A DNA stretch of 64,000 nucleotides from Alphaproteobacteria bacterium. GTDB taxonomy: Bacteria; Pseudomonadota; Alphaproteobacteria; MPNO01. The translations under genes and the position numbers were made by a program. Of this stretch, positions 20,749 through 30,521 are shown piece by piece (position 1 is the stretch's first letter; each line of letters starts with the position of its first letter). Location of the stretch: NCBI GenBank assembly GCA_963667285.1, contig OY763326.1:4847546-4911545 (forward strand), given 5' to 3'. The notes beneath the pieces are model-generated. The model ran no database searches, was not told where the DNA came from, and saw only the letters and a list, made by a program, of their open reading frames with translations.

Positions 20749-21558
20749 GTGAGACTGCTGGTCGCCCTTGCCGGCGCCCTGGCGGGCCCGGGACGCACCC
20801 GCACGGTGATCCTGGTCCTGATCGGGAGTCTGGCGCTGTGGGAGGCCGCGACGCTGGCGTTCCGCCCCGAACCCTTCGTGTTGCCCGCGCCCTCCGCGGT
20901 CTTCGCCGAAATCGGCAGCGACATTCCGTGGTACGCCAACCACGCGATGTTCACCCTGGGTGCCACGCTGATGGGCTTCGGCCTTGCCGTGCTGGCGGGG
21001 ACGCTGGCGGCGATCGGGATCGTCTATTCCCGAGTCCTGGAGCACACCCTGTACACCCTGCTGGTCTCCCTCAACAGCATTCCCAAGATCGCGCTCGCAC
21101 CCCTGTTCGTCATCTGGATGTCGACGGGCGCGGCCTCGAAGGTCGCCATCGCCATGACCATCGCCCTGTGGCCGGTGGTCATCGACACGGTGCTTGGCCT
21201 CCGATCGGTCGAGCCGGAAGCGCTGGAGATGGCCCGCTCGATGCGGGCGACCAAATGGCAGGTCTTCTTCAAGATTCGCCTGCCCAACGCCTTGCCCTAC
21301 ATGTTCTCCGGCATGAAGGTCGCCATTTCGATGGCCCTGGTGGGCGCCATAGGCGGCGAGTTCGTGGCGTCGGAGGTGGGTTTGGGCTACGCTATCCTGG
21401 TGGCCCAGGGCCAGTTCAAGACCGACGTCGTGTTTGCCGCCATCATCCTCCTCGGCATTATGGGGACGCTGCTGTTCTTCCTGGTCGTGCTGGTCGAGCG
21501 CTTTTTCGTGACCTGGCACGTCACGCACCGCGCCGACGCGCATATCCACACCGCCTGA
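20749..21558 (+). CDS. ABC permease, NitT/TauT family (paralog)
   Basis: NSIPKIALAPL, GEFVASEVGLG. Confidence 0.92.
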   Translation: MRLLVALAGALAGPGRTRTVILVLIGSLALWEAATLAFRPEPFVLPAPSAVFAEIGSDIPWYANHAMFTLGATLMGFGLAVLAGTLAAIGIVYSRVLEHTLYTLLVSLNSIPKIALAPLFVIWMSTGAASKVAIAMTIALWPVVIDTVLGLRSVEPEALEMARSMRATKWQVFFKIRLPNALPYMFSGMKVAISMALVGAIGGEFVASEVGLGYAILVAQGQFKTDVVFAAIILLGIMGTLLFFLVVLVERFFVTWHVTHRADAHIHTA

Positions 21559-21582
21559 GCCACGGGACCGGCAGGAGGCCGC

Positions 21583-22337
21583 ATGACCGAACGCATCTGG
21601 GACAGGTTCCTGACCGAGCGGGACAGGGAGAGGTGTTCGAACGTTCCGGCTACGGCACCCGCGGCGGCCTCGGGAGGCGGCCGGCCGTGCTGGTGATCGA
21701 CATGACCTACGACTTCGTCGGGGACCGGCCCGAACCGGTGCTGGAATCCATCAGGCGCTGGCCCAATTCCTCGGGCGAGGAAGGCTGGGCCGCCATCGCG
21801 GTCATCGAATCGGTGATCACCCGCGCCCGGCGGAAGAACCTGCCCCTCTTCTACACCAAGCCCGGCATCCGGCCGGATGGCTGGGACTGGGGCGGCTGGC
21901 ACTGGAAGAGCTCGCGCATCGAGGAGTGGCTCCAGGAGCCCACCGCCGACTTCGACGGCAACCGCATCGTCGCCCGGCTGGCGCCGGCGGCGCGGGACAT
22001 CGTGATCCCGAAGCACAAGCCGAGCGCTTTCTTCGGCACGCCCCTGATGCCGATGCTCACCCAGCTGGGGGCGGATTCGCTCATCGTCACCGGTTGCACC
22101 ACCAGCGGATGCGTTCGCGCGAGCGTCGTCGATGCGTTCAGCTACAACCTGCGGGTTGCGGTGGTCGAGGAGGGATGTTTCGACCGGGCCCAGGCGTCCC
22201 ATGCCATGACCCTGTGCGACCTCGACGCCAAATACGCCGACGTGCTGCCCGCCACGGAGATCCTGGACTACATGGACGGGTTGTCGGGCGACCTCTTCGT
22301 ACTGCCCGGCGGCGCACCCCCGCCACCGCCGGCGTGA
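21583..22337 (+). pseudogene. Isochorismatase-family amidohydrolase with a 2-nt frameshift near the 5' end
   Basis: RBS AGGAGG then ATG 21583 reads MTERIWDRFLTERDRE. An extra AG at ~21631 shifts frame before VFERSGYG...RPAVLVID, KPSAFFGT, TTSGCVRAS. Confidence 0.8.
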
Positions 22338-22341
22338 GCCC

Positions 22342-23322
22342 GTGCCTGACGCCCTTCCCGTTTCGGTCTGCTTCTGGAACTACGACCGGACGGCGGCCCT
22401 CGCCGACGGCCGGGCGCCGATGCGGGGCTGCGCGCCCGCCTTCACCATCCTGCCGCCCGAGGAAGCCTTCGCGCGCGCCTTTTCGACCGCCGAGTTCGAC
22501 ATTACCGAACTCTCCTTCAGCAACCACCTGACGGCGTTGAGCCAAGGCCGCGCCGCGTACACGGCAATTCCGGTCTTTCCGTCGCGAGCGTTCCGCCATG
22601 GCAGCCTGTTCGTCCGCACCGACCGGGACATCCGCGAACCGGCCCATCTGAAGGGCAGGCGCATCGGGCTGCAGGAGTACCAGATGACGGCGGCGCTGGT
22701 GGTGCGTGGCATTCTCCGGGACGACTACGGCATCGAACCCGGCGACCTCGCCTGGGTGGTCGGCGGCGTCGAAGAGCCCGGACCGCCGCGCGACCGTACC
22801 GAGATCCCCGGTGTCGCCATCGAGGCCGCGCCACCCGGCGAAAGTCTGGACGCGCTGTTCGCCGACGGCCGGCTGGACGCCCTGCTCGCCCTCCGGCCGC
22901 CGCCCTGCATTGCCGCCGGCGCCTACCCGGTGGGTCGCCTGTTCCCGGACTGGCGGGCGGCGGAGCAGGACTACTATCGGCGCACCGGCCATTTCCCGAT
23001 CATGCACGTCATGGGGGTCCGTCGATCCCTGCTGGACGAGCACCCCTGGCTGGCGCGGTCCGTTTACGATGCCTTCTGCCGGGCCAAGGACATTGCGGTC
23101 GGCGAGCTCGCCGTCATTCAGGCGCCGAAGGTAACCCTTCCGTGGGGCGCGGCGGAGCTGGAGGCGACACGGGCCTTGATGGGTGAAGACATCTGGCCCT
23201 ACGGCGTCGGCGCCAACCGCGAGACCCTGGATCGCCAGATCGGATGGTCCTGCCGGGAGGGCCTGTCGGCGCGGCGTATCCCGGTCGAGGCGTTGTTCGC
23301 CGCCGGCACCCTGGACACCTGA
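22342..23322 (+). CDS. 4,5-dihydroxyphthalate decarboxylase-like / SBP-fold protein
   Basis: YDRTAAL, EFDITELSFS, IPVFPSRAFRH, EYQMTA, FPIMH, WPYGVGAN. Confidence 0.85.
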   Translation: MPDALPVSVCFWNYDRTAALADGRAPMRGCAPAFTILPPEEAFARAFSTAEFDITELSFSNHLTALSQGRAAYTAIPVFPSRAFRHGSLFVRTDRDIREPAHLKGRRIGLQEYQMTAALVVRGILRDDYGIEPGDLAWVVGGVEEPGPPRDRTEIPGVAIEAAPPGESLDALFADGRLDALLALRPPPCIAAGAYPVGRLFPDWRAAEQDYYRRTGHFPIMHVMGVRRSLLDEHPWLARSVYDAFCRAKDIAVGELAVIQAPKVTLPWGAAELEATRALMGEDIWPYGVGANRETLDRQIGWSCREGLSARRIPVEALFAAGTLDT

Positions 23323-23360
23323 GGGAGGCGGGCCCCGATGAGGACGTTGGGACGCAATCG

Positions 23361-23693
23361 ATGAATGACGGTCCCCATGCTTCCGGTCACCACGACTACG
23401 GTGGAAAGCCCGCCGGTCGGATCGACACGACGCTCCACGGCGCCACGGTGTGGGAACAGCGGGTCGATGCGATTCTGGAACTGCTGGGCGATCCGCGCCG
23501 CAGGCTGATGCGAGTCGACGAGTTCCGCCGGATGAACGAGACCATGGCGCCCGAGGACTACGAACGGCTGACCTATTACGAGCGCTGGGTCCACTCCATC
23601 ACGCGGCTGATGATTCGCAAGGGCGTCGTCACGGAAGAGGAGCTCTCCGCAAAGATGTCCGAGATTCGCGCCCGCGGGGACGCGCCCCTGTGA
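23361..23693 (+). CDS. Nitrile hydratase beta N-terminal-like subunit (ScnB-like)
   Basis: HHDYGG, WEQRV, DEFRR, YERLTYYERW, KGVVTEEEL. Confidence 0.87.
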   Translation: MNDGPHASGHHDYGGKPAGRIDTTLHGATVWEQRVDAILELLGDPRRRLMRVDEFRRMNETMAPEDYERLTYYERWVHSITRLMIRKGVVTEEELSAKMSEIRARGDAPL

Positions 23694-23706
23694 CGGTTCG
23701 ACGGCC

Positions 23707-24003
23707 GTGACTCCCCGCTACGCCGTCGGCGACGCCATTCGGGTTGGCGATCGCCGGGAACCCGGACATGTGCGAACGCCGGGCTACCTGATGGGCCGGG
23801 AAGGTCGCATCCTGCGGGTCTGCGGCGCCTTTCCCGATCCCGGCCGGCTGGCCGAAGGCGGGCTCGGCCTGCCTTACCGGATGCTCTACCGGGTGGCGTT
23901 CCGGCAACGGGATCTTTGGCCGGACTATGGCGGACCGGATGCCGACGACCTGGTGACCGATCTTTACGAACACTGGCTGGAACCGCGGGACCGGACACCA
24001 TGA
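23707..24003 (+). CDS. Nitrile hydratase beta C-terminal SH3-like subunit (ScnA-like)
   Basis: YAVGDAIRV, GHVRTPGYLMG, LYRVAF, LWPDY, DLYEHWLEP. Confidence 0.87.
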   Translation: MTPRYAVGDAIRVGDRREPGHVRTPGYLMGREGRILRVCGAFPDPGRLAEGGLGLPYRMLYRVAFRQRDLWPDYGGPDADDLVTDLYEHWLEPRDRTP

Positions 24004-24608
24004 ACCATCCTCATCCTCATCCCCACGCCGCGCCGGCGGAGCGGGAGCCCGATCCGCAGATCGCCCTCAAGGAGATGGCCCTGCGGGAACTGCTGATCGA
24101 GAAGGGCGTCTTCACCGCCGCGGACATCCGGCGCGCCATGGAGGCGATGGAGGCCCGAAGCCCGGCGGTGGGCGGGCGAATCGTCGCCCGGGCGTGGCGC
24201 GACCCCGCCTTCAAGCGCCGTTTGCTGACCCATGCCAACGGGGCGGTCGCCGAATTCGGGGTCGCCATGGGCCTCGCCGAGTTGACGGTGGTCGAGAACA
24301 CGCCGGAGCTGCACAATGTCATCGTCTGCACCCTGTGTTCCTGCTACCCCCGGGCGCTGCTCGGAATTCCGCCGAGCTGGTACAAGTCCAAGGCGTATCG
24401 GTCGCGCGTCGTTCGAGAGCCGAGAGCGGTGCTTGCCGAGTTCGGCACCGATTTGCCTGGCGATGTCGTCGTCCGCGTTCACGACAGCACCGCCGATCTC
24501 CGCTACATGGTTCTGCCGCAGCGCCCGGCCGGTACCGATGACTGGGACGACGAGAGAATGGCGGCCCTGGTCACGCGCGATTGCCTGGTGGGGGTAACGG
24601 CGGCTTAG
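24000..24608 (+). CDS. Cobalt-type nitrile hydratase alpha / thiocyanate hydrolase gamma-like subunit
   Basis: VCTLCSCYPR metal motif, WYKSKAYRSR, HDSTADLRYMVLP. ATGA overlap at 24000. Confidence 0.92.
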   Translation: MNHPHPHPHAAPAEREPDPQIALKEMALRELLIEKGVFTAADIRRAMEAMEARSPAVGGRIVARAWRDPAFKRRLLTHANGAVAEFGVAMGLAELTVVENTPELHNVIVCTLCSCYPRALLGIPPSWYKSKAYRSRVVREPRAVLAEFGTDLPGDVVVRVHDSTADLRYMVLPQRPAGTDDWDDERMAALVTRDCLVGVTAA

Positions 24609-25660
24609 AGCACTATCCTATCGAGTTGAATCGATTGTGATTTCCCAAGGTTTTGCGATTCGTGATCCACACTGTCTGCCGGGGAGGAGGCCGGCGGACA
24701 TGTCCCGAGCACTTTCCCTTGATCTTCGCGTACGTGTCGTGGCGGCGGTTGCCGCGGGGTTGAGCCACCGCGCGGCCGCGGCCCGTTTCGGTGTGAGCGC
24801 GGCGAGTATCAGCCGGTGGCGCCGGCGGGCGCGGCTGGAAGGCGATCCCGGCCCGAGGGCGGCGGGCGGCGACCGTCGTTCGGGCCGCATCGAGGCGCAT
24901 CGTGGGCTGGTGCTTGGGCTGGTCGCCGAGACCCCGGACATCACCATCGAGGAGTTGCGCCGCCGGCTTGCCGGGCGCGGGCTGAGCTTCGGCTACGGCA
25001 CCGTCCAGCGTTTCCTGGTGCGCCACAACATGACGCGCAAGAAGAAGACCGGCCATGCCAGCGAGCAGGATCGCCCCGACGTGCTGGCCCGGCGCCAGTC
25101 CTGGCGCGACGGCCAGGCCGGGCTCGATGCGGCGCAGCTGGTCTTCATCGACGAGACCTGGGCCAAGACCAACATGGCGCGTGCTTACGGCCGCGCGCCG
25201 CGCGGCGAGCGCCTGCGCATGAGCCGGCCGCACGGCCACTGGAAGACCTCAACCTTCGTCGCCGGGCTCACCGTGCGCGGCATGATCGCCCCCTTCGTGC
25301 TCGGCCGCCCGATCAACCGTGTCGCCTTCGAGATCTATGTCGAGAAGGTGCTGGTCCCCGAACTGCGTCCCGGCAACATCGTCGTCATGGACAACCTGTC
25401 CAGCCACAAAGGGGAGAGGGTGCGCCAAAGGATCGAGGCCGCCGGCGCCGAGCTCCTCTTCTTGCCGCCCTACTCACCCGACCTCAACCCCATCGAAATG
25501 GCCTTCGCCAAGCTCAAGGCGTTGCTCCGCAAGGCCGCAGAGCGCACCGTCGACGGCCTCTGGGACGCCATCGGAAACATCCTCAAGAGCTTCCAACCCC
25601 AGGAATGCAGAAACTACTTCGCCGCCGCTGGTTATGATCCAACCTGATCGGATACTGCTC
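24608..25660 (+). mobile_element. IS630-family insertion sequence, apparently intact (1053 bp)
   Basis: Imperfect TIRs GAGCACTATCCTATCGAGTTGAATC and GATCCAACCTGATCGGATACTGCTC, with TA duplicated at 24606-7 and 25661-2. Confidence 0.93.
24700..25647 (+). CDS. IS630 transposase (single ORF)
   Basis: MSRALSLDLR HTH, VFIDET, VMDNLSSH, LPPYSPDLNPIE. Confidence 0.95.
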   Translation: MSRALSLDLRVRVVAAVAAGLSHRAAAARFGVSAASISRWRRRARLEGDPGPRAAGGDRRSGRIEAHRGLVLGLVAETPDITIEELRRRLAGRGLSFGYGTVQRFLVRHNMTRKKKTGHASEQDRPDVLARRQSWRDGQAGLDAAQLVFIDETWAKTNMARAYGRAPRGERLRMSRPHGHWKTSTFVAGLTVRGMIAPFVLGRPINRVAFEIYVEKVLVPELRPGNIVVMDNLSSHKGERVRQRIEAAGAELLFLPPYSPDLNPIEMAFAKLKALLRKAAERTVDGLWDAIGNILKSFQPQECRNYFAAAGYDPT

Positions 25661-25900
25661 TAGTCTGTCGGGCCTGTGCCGGATGCACGAGATCGCCGAC
25701 GGCCTCACGGCCCGGCGCGTCGTCGGCGAATGGGTCGGCTTCGTACAACACCCGGGGGCCGCACGCGGCGCCGGGCGGGAGACCCGCGGCCGCGACCGGA
25801 ATATCGGTTCAGGGGAATGCCGGCGGCCTGAGCTTCAACCGGAATGCGCCCTGGCCCGGCCGCCAGGCTGTCCGAAAGGGTCGAGCCAGCTCAGCTCAGC

Positions 25901-26980
25901 TCAGCGCGCGCGGCCGAGGCGCCGCCCGTCCTCGCCGAACAGGAACAGGTGCTCCGGGGTGAAGCGCACGCCGAGCTCGGTGCCCGCGCGGTAGGACGAA
26001 ACCCCGTCGACGATGGCGATCAGATCCTGCTCGCCGCCATAGTCGAAATAGAGCAGCGTGTCCTTGCCGAGCGGCTCGACCAGGTGGATCTTCTCGACCA
26101 GCTCGCCCTCGGTGCCGACGGCGAGATGCTCGGGCCGGATGCCGAGCGTGCCGGGCCCCGGCTCCGCCGCGGCGAAGGCGGGCGGCAGAGCGATCGTCGT
26201 GCGGTCGCTGGCGAAGACGACCGACCCGTTCGACCGTTCGATCCTGCCGGGGATCAGGTTCATCGACGGGCTGCCGAAGAAGTCGGCGACGAACAGCGAG
26301 ACCGGGTCGCTGTAGATGTCGAGCGGCGTGCCGACCTGCTCGATCTCGCCGGCGCGCATCACCACGATGCGGTCGGCCAGCGTCATCGCCTCTTCCTGGT
26401 CGTGGGTGACGTAGATGAAGGTCTTGCGCAGCTCCTGGTGGAGGCGGTCGACCTCGGCCCGCATCTCGCGCCTGAGCTTGGCGTCGAGGCTCGACAGCGG
26501 CTCGTCGAGCAGGAAGGTGTCGGGGTCGGTGATCAGGGTCCGGGCGAGCGCCACGCGCTGCGACTCGCCGCCCGAGCACTGGCCGGGCATCTTGTCCAGC
26601 AGGTGGGTGATGCGGACCATCGCGGCCACCTCGCGCACCCGGCGGCGGCGGGTCGCGGGATCGACCTTCTGCATCCTCGGGCCGAACTCGATGTTCTGCG
26701 CGACCGTCTTGTGGGGAAACAGCGCGTGGCTCTGGAACACCATGCCGAGATTGCGGTCGCCGGGCTCGAGATCGTTGACCGGGTTGCCGTCCATCAGGAT
26801 CTCGCCGGCGCTCGGGTCCTCGAAGCCGGCGATCATGCGCAGCGTCGTCGTCTTGCCGCAGCCCGACGGCCCCACCATGACGAGGAACTCGCCGTCCTCG
26901 ATGGTCAGGCTGAGATCCCTGACCGCGACCACCGACCGGCCGAACTCCTTGCGCAGGTCCTGCAGCTCGATGCGTGCCAC
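25901..26980 (-). CDS. ABC ATP-binding protein, CUT1 (MalK/UgpC-like)
   Basis: GPSGCGKT, SGGESQR, DEPLSSLD, YVTHDQEEA, C-terminal TOBE. Confidence 0.93.
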   Translation of the reverse strand: MARIELQDLRKEFGRSVVAVRDLSLTIEDGEFLVMVGPSGCGKTTTLRMIAGFEDPSAGEILMDGNPVNDLEPGDRNLGMVFQSHALFPHKTVAQNIEFGPRMQKVDPATRRRRVREVAAMVRITHLLDKMPGQCSGGESQRVALARTLITDPDTFLLDEPLSSLDAKLRREMRAEVDRLHQELRKTFIYVTHDQEEAMTLADRIVVMRAGEIEQVGTPLDIYSDPVSLFVADFFGSPSMNLIPGRIERSNGSVVFASDRTTIALPPAFAAAEPGPGTLGIRPEHLAVGTEGELVEKIHLVEPLGKDTLLYFDYGGEQDLIAIVDGVSSYRAGTELGVRFTPEHLFLFGEDGRRLGRAR

Positions 26981-26984
26981 GTCG

Positions 26985-27866
26985 CTACCTTCTCACCATG
27001 CCGAAGCTGAAGCCGCGCGCGAGGTGCTTGCGGATGAACACGCCGATGATGACCAGCGGGATGGTGACGCCGACGGCGAGCGCCGCCTGGCGTCCGTAGA
27101 CCCTTCCCTCCGTCGAGCCCTCGTACTTGCTGAGCTCGACCGGGAGCGTCACGACCTCGGTCTTGGACAGGATCAGCGCCAGCAAATACTCGCTCCAGGT
27201 CAGGATCAGGATGAACAGGAAGGTCGCTACCAGCCCCGAGCGGACCAGCGGCAGCACCACCTCCCAGATGGTTCGCCACCGGCTCGCGCCGAGGATCATC
27301 GCCGCCTGCTCGACCTCGCGCGGGACCTCGTCGATGAAGCTCTTGGTCATCCACACCGCGTAGGGGAGCGTGGTCAGGAAGTAGACGATCACCAGCCCGA
27401 GCACGGTATCGAGCAGGCCGAGCGTCGAGTAGTAGAGCGAGAGCGGCGCCACCACCACGATCGGCGGCACCATGCGCAGCATCAGGAGCTGGAACATGCG
27501 CGCTTCCGACAGGATGCGGTAGCGCGAGACCCCGTAGGCCAGGATCGCGCCGAACCCGACGGCGAGGAATGTCGAGGTGAGCGAGATGATCAGGCTGTTG
27601 CGGAGCGCGATCCAGGGCTTTTGCAGCGACTTGATGTACTGCGTGTCCTCGTACTCCGAATGGTCGGTCCAGACGTTGAGGTAGTTGTTGAGGGTCGGTT
27701 CCTGCGACCAGTACACCGGAGGCCAGGCGAACCACTCGTGGTCGGGCTTGAAGGAGGTCGAGATCACCCAGAACATGGGAAAGGCGACGATCAGCAGCCA
27801 GAGCACGAGGATCGCGTAGCGCCCGGCCTCGAACGCGGTCTTCCTGCGTGCCCGGCTCATCGCCAT
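26985..27866 (-). CDS. CUT1 ABC permease (MalG-like)
   Basis: STSFKP, RMVPPIV, EVEQAAMILGA. Confidence 0.92.
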   Translation of the reverse strand: MAMSRARRKTAFEAGRYAILVLWLLIVAFPMFWVISTSFKPDHEWFAWPPVYWSQEPTLNNYLNVWTDHSEYEDTQYIKSLQKPWIALRNSLIISLTSTFLAVGFGAILAYGVSRYRILSEARMFQLLMLRMVPPIVVVAPLSLYYSTLGLLDTVLGLVIVYFLTTLPYAVWMTKSFIDEVPREVEQAAMILGASRWRTIWEVVLPLVRSGLVATFLFILILTWSEYLLALILSKTEVVTLPVELSKYEGSTEGRVYGRQAALAVGVTIPLVIIGVFIRKHLARGFSFGMVRR

Positions 27867-27869
27867 CGC

Positions 27870-28856
27870 TCAGCCCGCCCGGTCCTCGGCGGGAACGCCG
27901 TACATCTCGTCGAGCGCCCGCTTTTCGCGGCGCAGGAAATAGATCGCGACCAGCACGATCGCGATCATGATCATCATCACGACATAGGACATCGCGGCCC
28001 CCTTGGAGACCTCGAAATACTGCCAGGTGGTGATGTAGAGGTAGATCGGGATGGTCTCGGTGGCCGAGCCCGGCCCGCCCTGGAACAGCGACCAGGTCTT
28101 GGGGAATTCCGCCATCGCCTCGAGGAACCTGAGCACGATGGCGAGGATGATCACCGGCCGCAGGAGCGGCAGCTGGATCTCCAGGAATATCCGCCATTTG
28201 GACGCGCCCAGGACCTGGGCGGCTTCCTGCGGCTCCTTCGGCAGCGAGGCGAGACCGGCGATCATGATGATGAAGGAGAACGGCACCCAGTTCCAGATTT
28301 CCAGCAGCATCACCGTGGTCAGCGCCATCTTCGCATTGGCGAGCCAGATGACGTTGACGTCGTGACCCGAGAGCCAGCTCAGCACGTCGTTGAGCGGCCC
28401 CTTCTGGTAGAGCAGCATCTCGCCGGTATAGGCGATCACGATCGGCACGGTGAGCATCGGCAGGATAAAGACGATGTAGAACAGCGCCTGGCCGCGGAAC
28501 GGCCGGTACATCAGGAGCGCCAGGCCGAAGCCGATCACGAAGCAGCCAATCGTCGAGCCCGCCGCGAACAGGAGCGAGCGGACGATGGCGATCCCGAGCC
28601 GGGGATCGGTCACCACCTCCTGGAAGATCTCGAGCCCCGCGTACTCGGCGTCCCACCAGCTGCCGAGATAGATCGAGAAATCGTGGAACGAGAAATAGAG
28701 CTGGAGGAACAGCACCGGGCCGAGCACGCCGACCATCAGGGCGATGAACACGCCGAGGACCGACCACTTGAAGCGGCGGACGGCGCGCGCCTGGGTCATC
28801 TCGCGCCGGCCGACCCTTCCCTCCCGCGAAACCGCGGCGGCTGCGTTCGTCGCCAT
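27870..28856 (-). CDS. CUT1 ABC permease (MalF-like)
   Basis: WNWVPF, EAAQVLGAS, GGPGSATET. Confidence 0.92.
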   Translation of the reverse strand: MATNAAAAVSREGRVGRREMTQARAVRRFKWSVLGVFIALMVGVLGPVLFLQLYFSFHDFSIYLGSWWDAEYAGLEIFQEVVTDPRLGIAIVRSLLFAAGSTIGCFVIGFGLALLMYRPFRGQALFYIVFILPMLTVPIVIAYTGEMLLYQKGPLNDVLSWLSGHDVNVIWLANAKMALTTVMLLEIWNWVPFSFIIMIAGLASLPKEPQEAAQVLGASKWRIFLEIQLPLLRPVIILAIVLRFLEAMAEFPKTWSLFQGGPGSATETIPIYLYITTWQYFEVSKGAAMSYVVMMIMIAIVLVAIYFLRREKRALDEMYGVPAEDRAG

Positions 28857-28877
28857 CGACCCCTATCCCGAAGCGAA

Positions 28878-28903
28878 TGGAGGCGCGCGACCGCGCGCCT
28901 CCA
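28878..28903. other. Perfect hairpin between SBP and permease genes
   Basis: TGGAGGCGCGC-GACC-GCGCGCCTCCA. Confidence 0.55.
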
Positions 28904-28926
28904 GCGGTACCGCGACCGGGCGCGGA

Positions 28927-30366
28927 TCAGGTCGGGACGTCGACCTTCGGGAACACCGCCCGGTAGCTCCCGAGCTCCTTCTTGAGGCGGCGCTTGCCGA
29001 TGCGCTTGACGATCTTGGTCCACGCCTCCTCGGTATCCTTGAGCACCCGGTCCGGCTTCTTCTGCCCGACATAGGCCTCGGACAGGTTCTTGGCGAGCTG
29101 GTCCTGGAACTCGAGATAGCCGGTCAGGTAGATCGGCGGCGAGGCCACCTTGAGGCAGGTCTCGATCGCCGAGATGCCGCCCGGCGTGTAGGCCGTCTTG
29201 ACCAGGTCGGACTTCATGTGGCCGACATGCCACGGGTCGTGGAAGGTGTTGACCCGGTCGGCGACGATCTCCTCGGAGTTCTTCAGCGAGCCCCACCACA
29301 TCGCCATATAGGCCGCCTTCTCCTTGTTCTTGGAGTACTTGTTCACCAGGATCGCGCCGAGCGGGGAGGAGATCGCGCGGTGGATCAGCTTGCCGGAGAA
29401 CTTGGAGCCCGGCGACAGGCTGTAATGCCACTTGCCGGCGGTCTTCGACTTCTTGGGGTTCTCGTTGAGCGCGATGATGCCGTCCCAGTACTGGCAGGCG
29501 AAGGCCTTGCCGCCGGTGATCCTCGGGATCATCTGCGGCGTGCCCCAGCCCGGCGCCTCGGGGTGGGAGACCTTCTTGATGTTGAGATAGGTCTCGACCG
29601 CGTAGCGCCCGGCCGGCGTGTCCAGCGTCGGGTTCATGTCGTCGTCGAACGGGAAGCCGCCCGCCGAGTAGAAATACATGTACCACCAGGTCACGCCGTT
29701 GGCGCGGTTGCGCAGATTGGCCGAGCCGTACAAATCCTGGTCGGGCCGGTGGAAGAACTCCATCAACTGCTGGTCGTCCTCCCAGGTCACCGGATAGTCG
29801 AGCTTCTTGCCGTGCTTGTCCTCGAAGGCCTTCTGCTCGTCCGGGTTCTCCATCAAATCCTTGCGGGTGAACTGGACGTGAACGTTGCCGTCGGTCGGGA
29901 CGCCGTAGGTGTTGCCCTTGTAGCGCATGAAATTGCCGTAGGTCCCGACCGCGTCGATCGAGAAATCGGCCTTCTTCATGTAAGCGTCCAGCGGCTCGAG
30001 CAGGCCGGCCGAGGCGAGCGAAGGGATCATGTTCGAATCGACGTGGAAGAAATCGAACTCGGGCGAGCGCGACAGGGCCTCGGCCATCGCGCGCTGCGGG
30101 ATGATGAAGATCGAAATGTCCTGGATACTGCCGACGCCGATCCCGGTGGACTGCCTGAACCGCTCCATCGACGCCGTCATGGCGACGTAGTAGTTCGACC
30201 AGATCATGCCCTTCAGGTCGGCCCCGCCGGCGCCCTTCGCCGCGGCTATGATCTTCTCGTTCTCGGTGGCGCCCCAGGCGAGCCCCGGAATGCCGACCGG
30301 CAGCGCGGAAAGCGAGGCGACGGTCAGACCGCCCTTGACGACATCACGCCTTGAGAACTTGCTCAT
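28927..30366 (-). CDS. CUT1 extracellular solute-binding protein with Tat signal
   Basis: MSKFSRRDVVKGG twin-arginine leader, GLLEPLD, YPVTWE. Confidence 0.9.
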   Translation of the reverse strand: MSKFSRRDVVKGGLTVASLSALPVGIPGLAWGATENEKIIAAAKGAGGADLKGMIWSNYYVAMTASMERFRQSTGIGVGSIQDISIFIIPQRAMAEALSRSPEFDFFHVDSNMIPSLASAGLLEPLDAYMKKADFSIDAVGTYGNFMRYKGNTYGVPTDGNVHVQFTRKDLMENPDEQKAFEDKHGKKLDYPVTWEDDQQLMEFFHRPDQDLYGSANLRNRANGVTWWYMYFYSAGGFPFDDDMNPTLDTPAGRYAVETYLNIKKVSHPEAPGWGTPQMIPRITGGKAFACQYWDGIIALNENPKKSKTAGKWHYSLSPGSKFSGKLIHRAISSPLGAILVNKYSKNKEKAAYMAMWWGSLKNSEEIVADRVNTFHDPWHVGHMKSDLVKTAYTPGGISAIETCLKVASPPIYLTGYLEFQDQLAKNLSEAYVGQKKPDRVLKDTEEAWTKIVKRIGKRRLKKELGSYRAVFPKVDVPT

Positions 30367-30463
30367 TCGGTGGACCTCCCCTGATCCGTGTTGCAACCCA
30401 GCGGGTACATCGTTCGGTCCGGCAAGCTAAACAAAACCCCGGGGACGAACAAGAGAATTGCAC

Positions 30464-30491
30464 TTTTGGAAAATTTCGTGATTTTGGAAAA
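30464..30491. promoter_or_regulatory. Tandem near-palindromic operator-like boxes TTTTGGAAAA x2 in a divergent promoter
   Basis: Copies at 30464-30473 and 30482-30491 in an AT-rich intergenic patch. Confidence 0.5.
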
Positions 30492-30521
30492 AACGAACGC
30501 CTGACAGCGGGAGGACCGACC

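Noticed and set aside
25663-25900. ORF 25683..25994 as an NHase activator; (CAGCT)3 repeat near 25887
   Set aside because: No activator motifs, it overlaps the convergent gene, and the repeat is too short to be meaningful.
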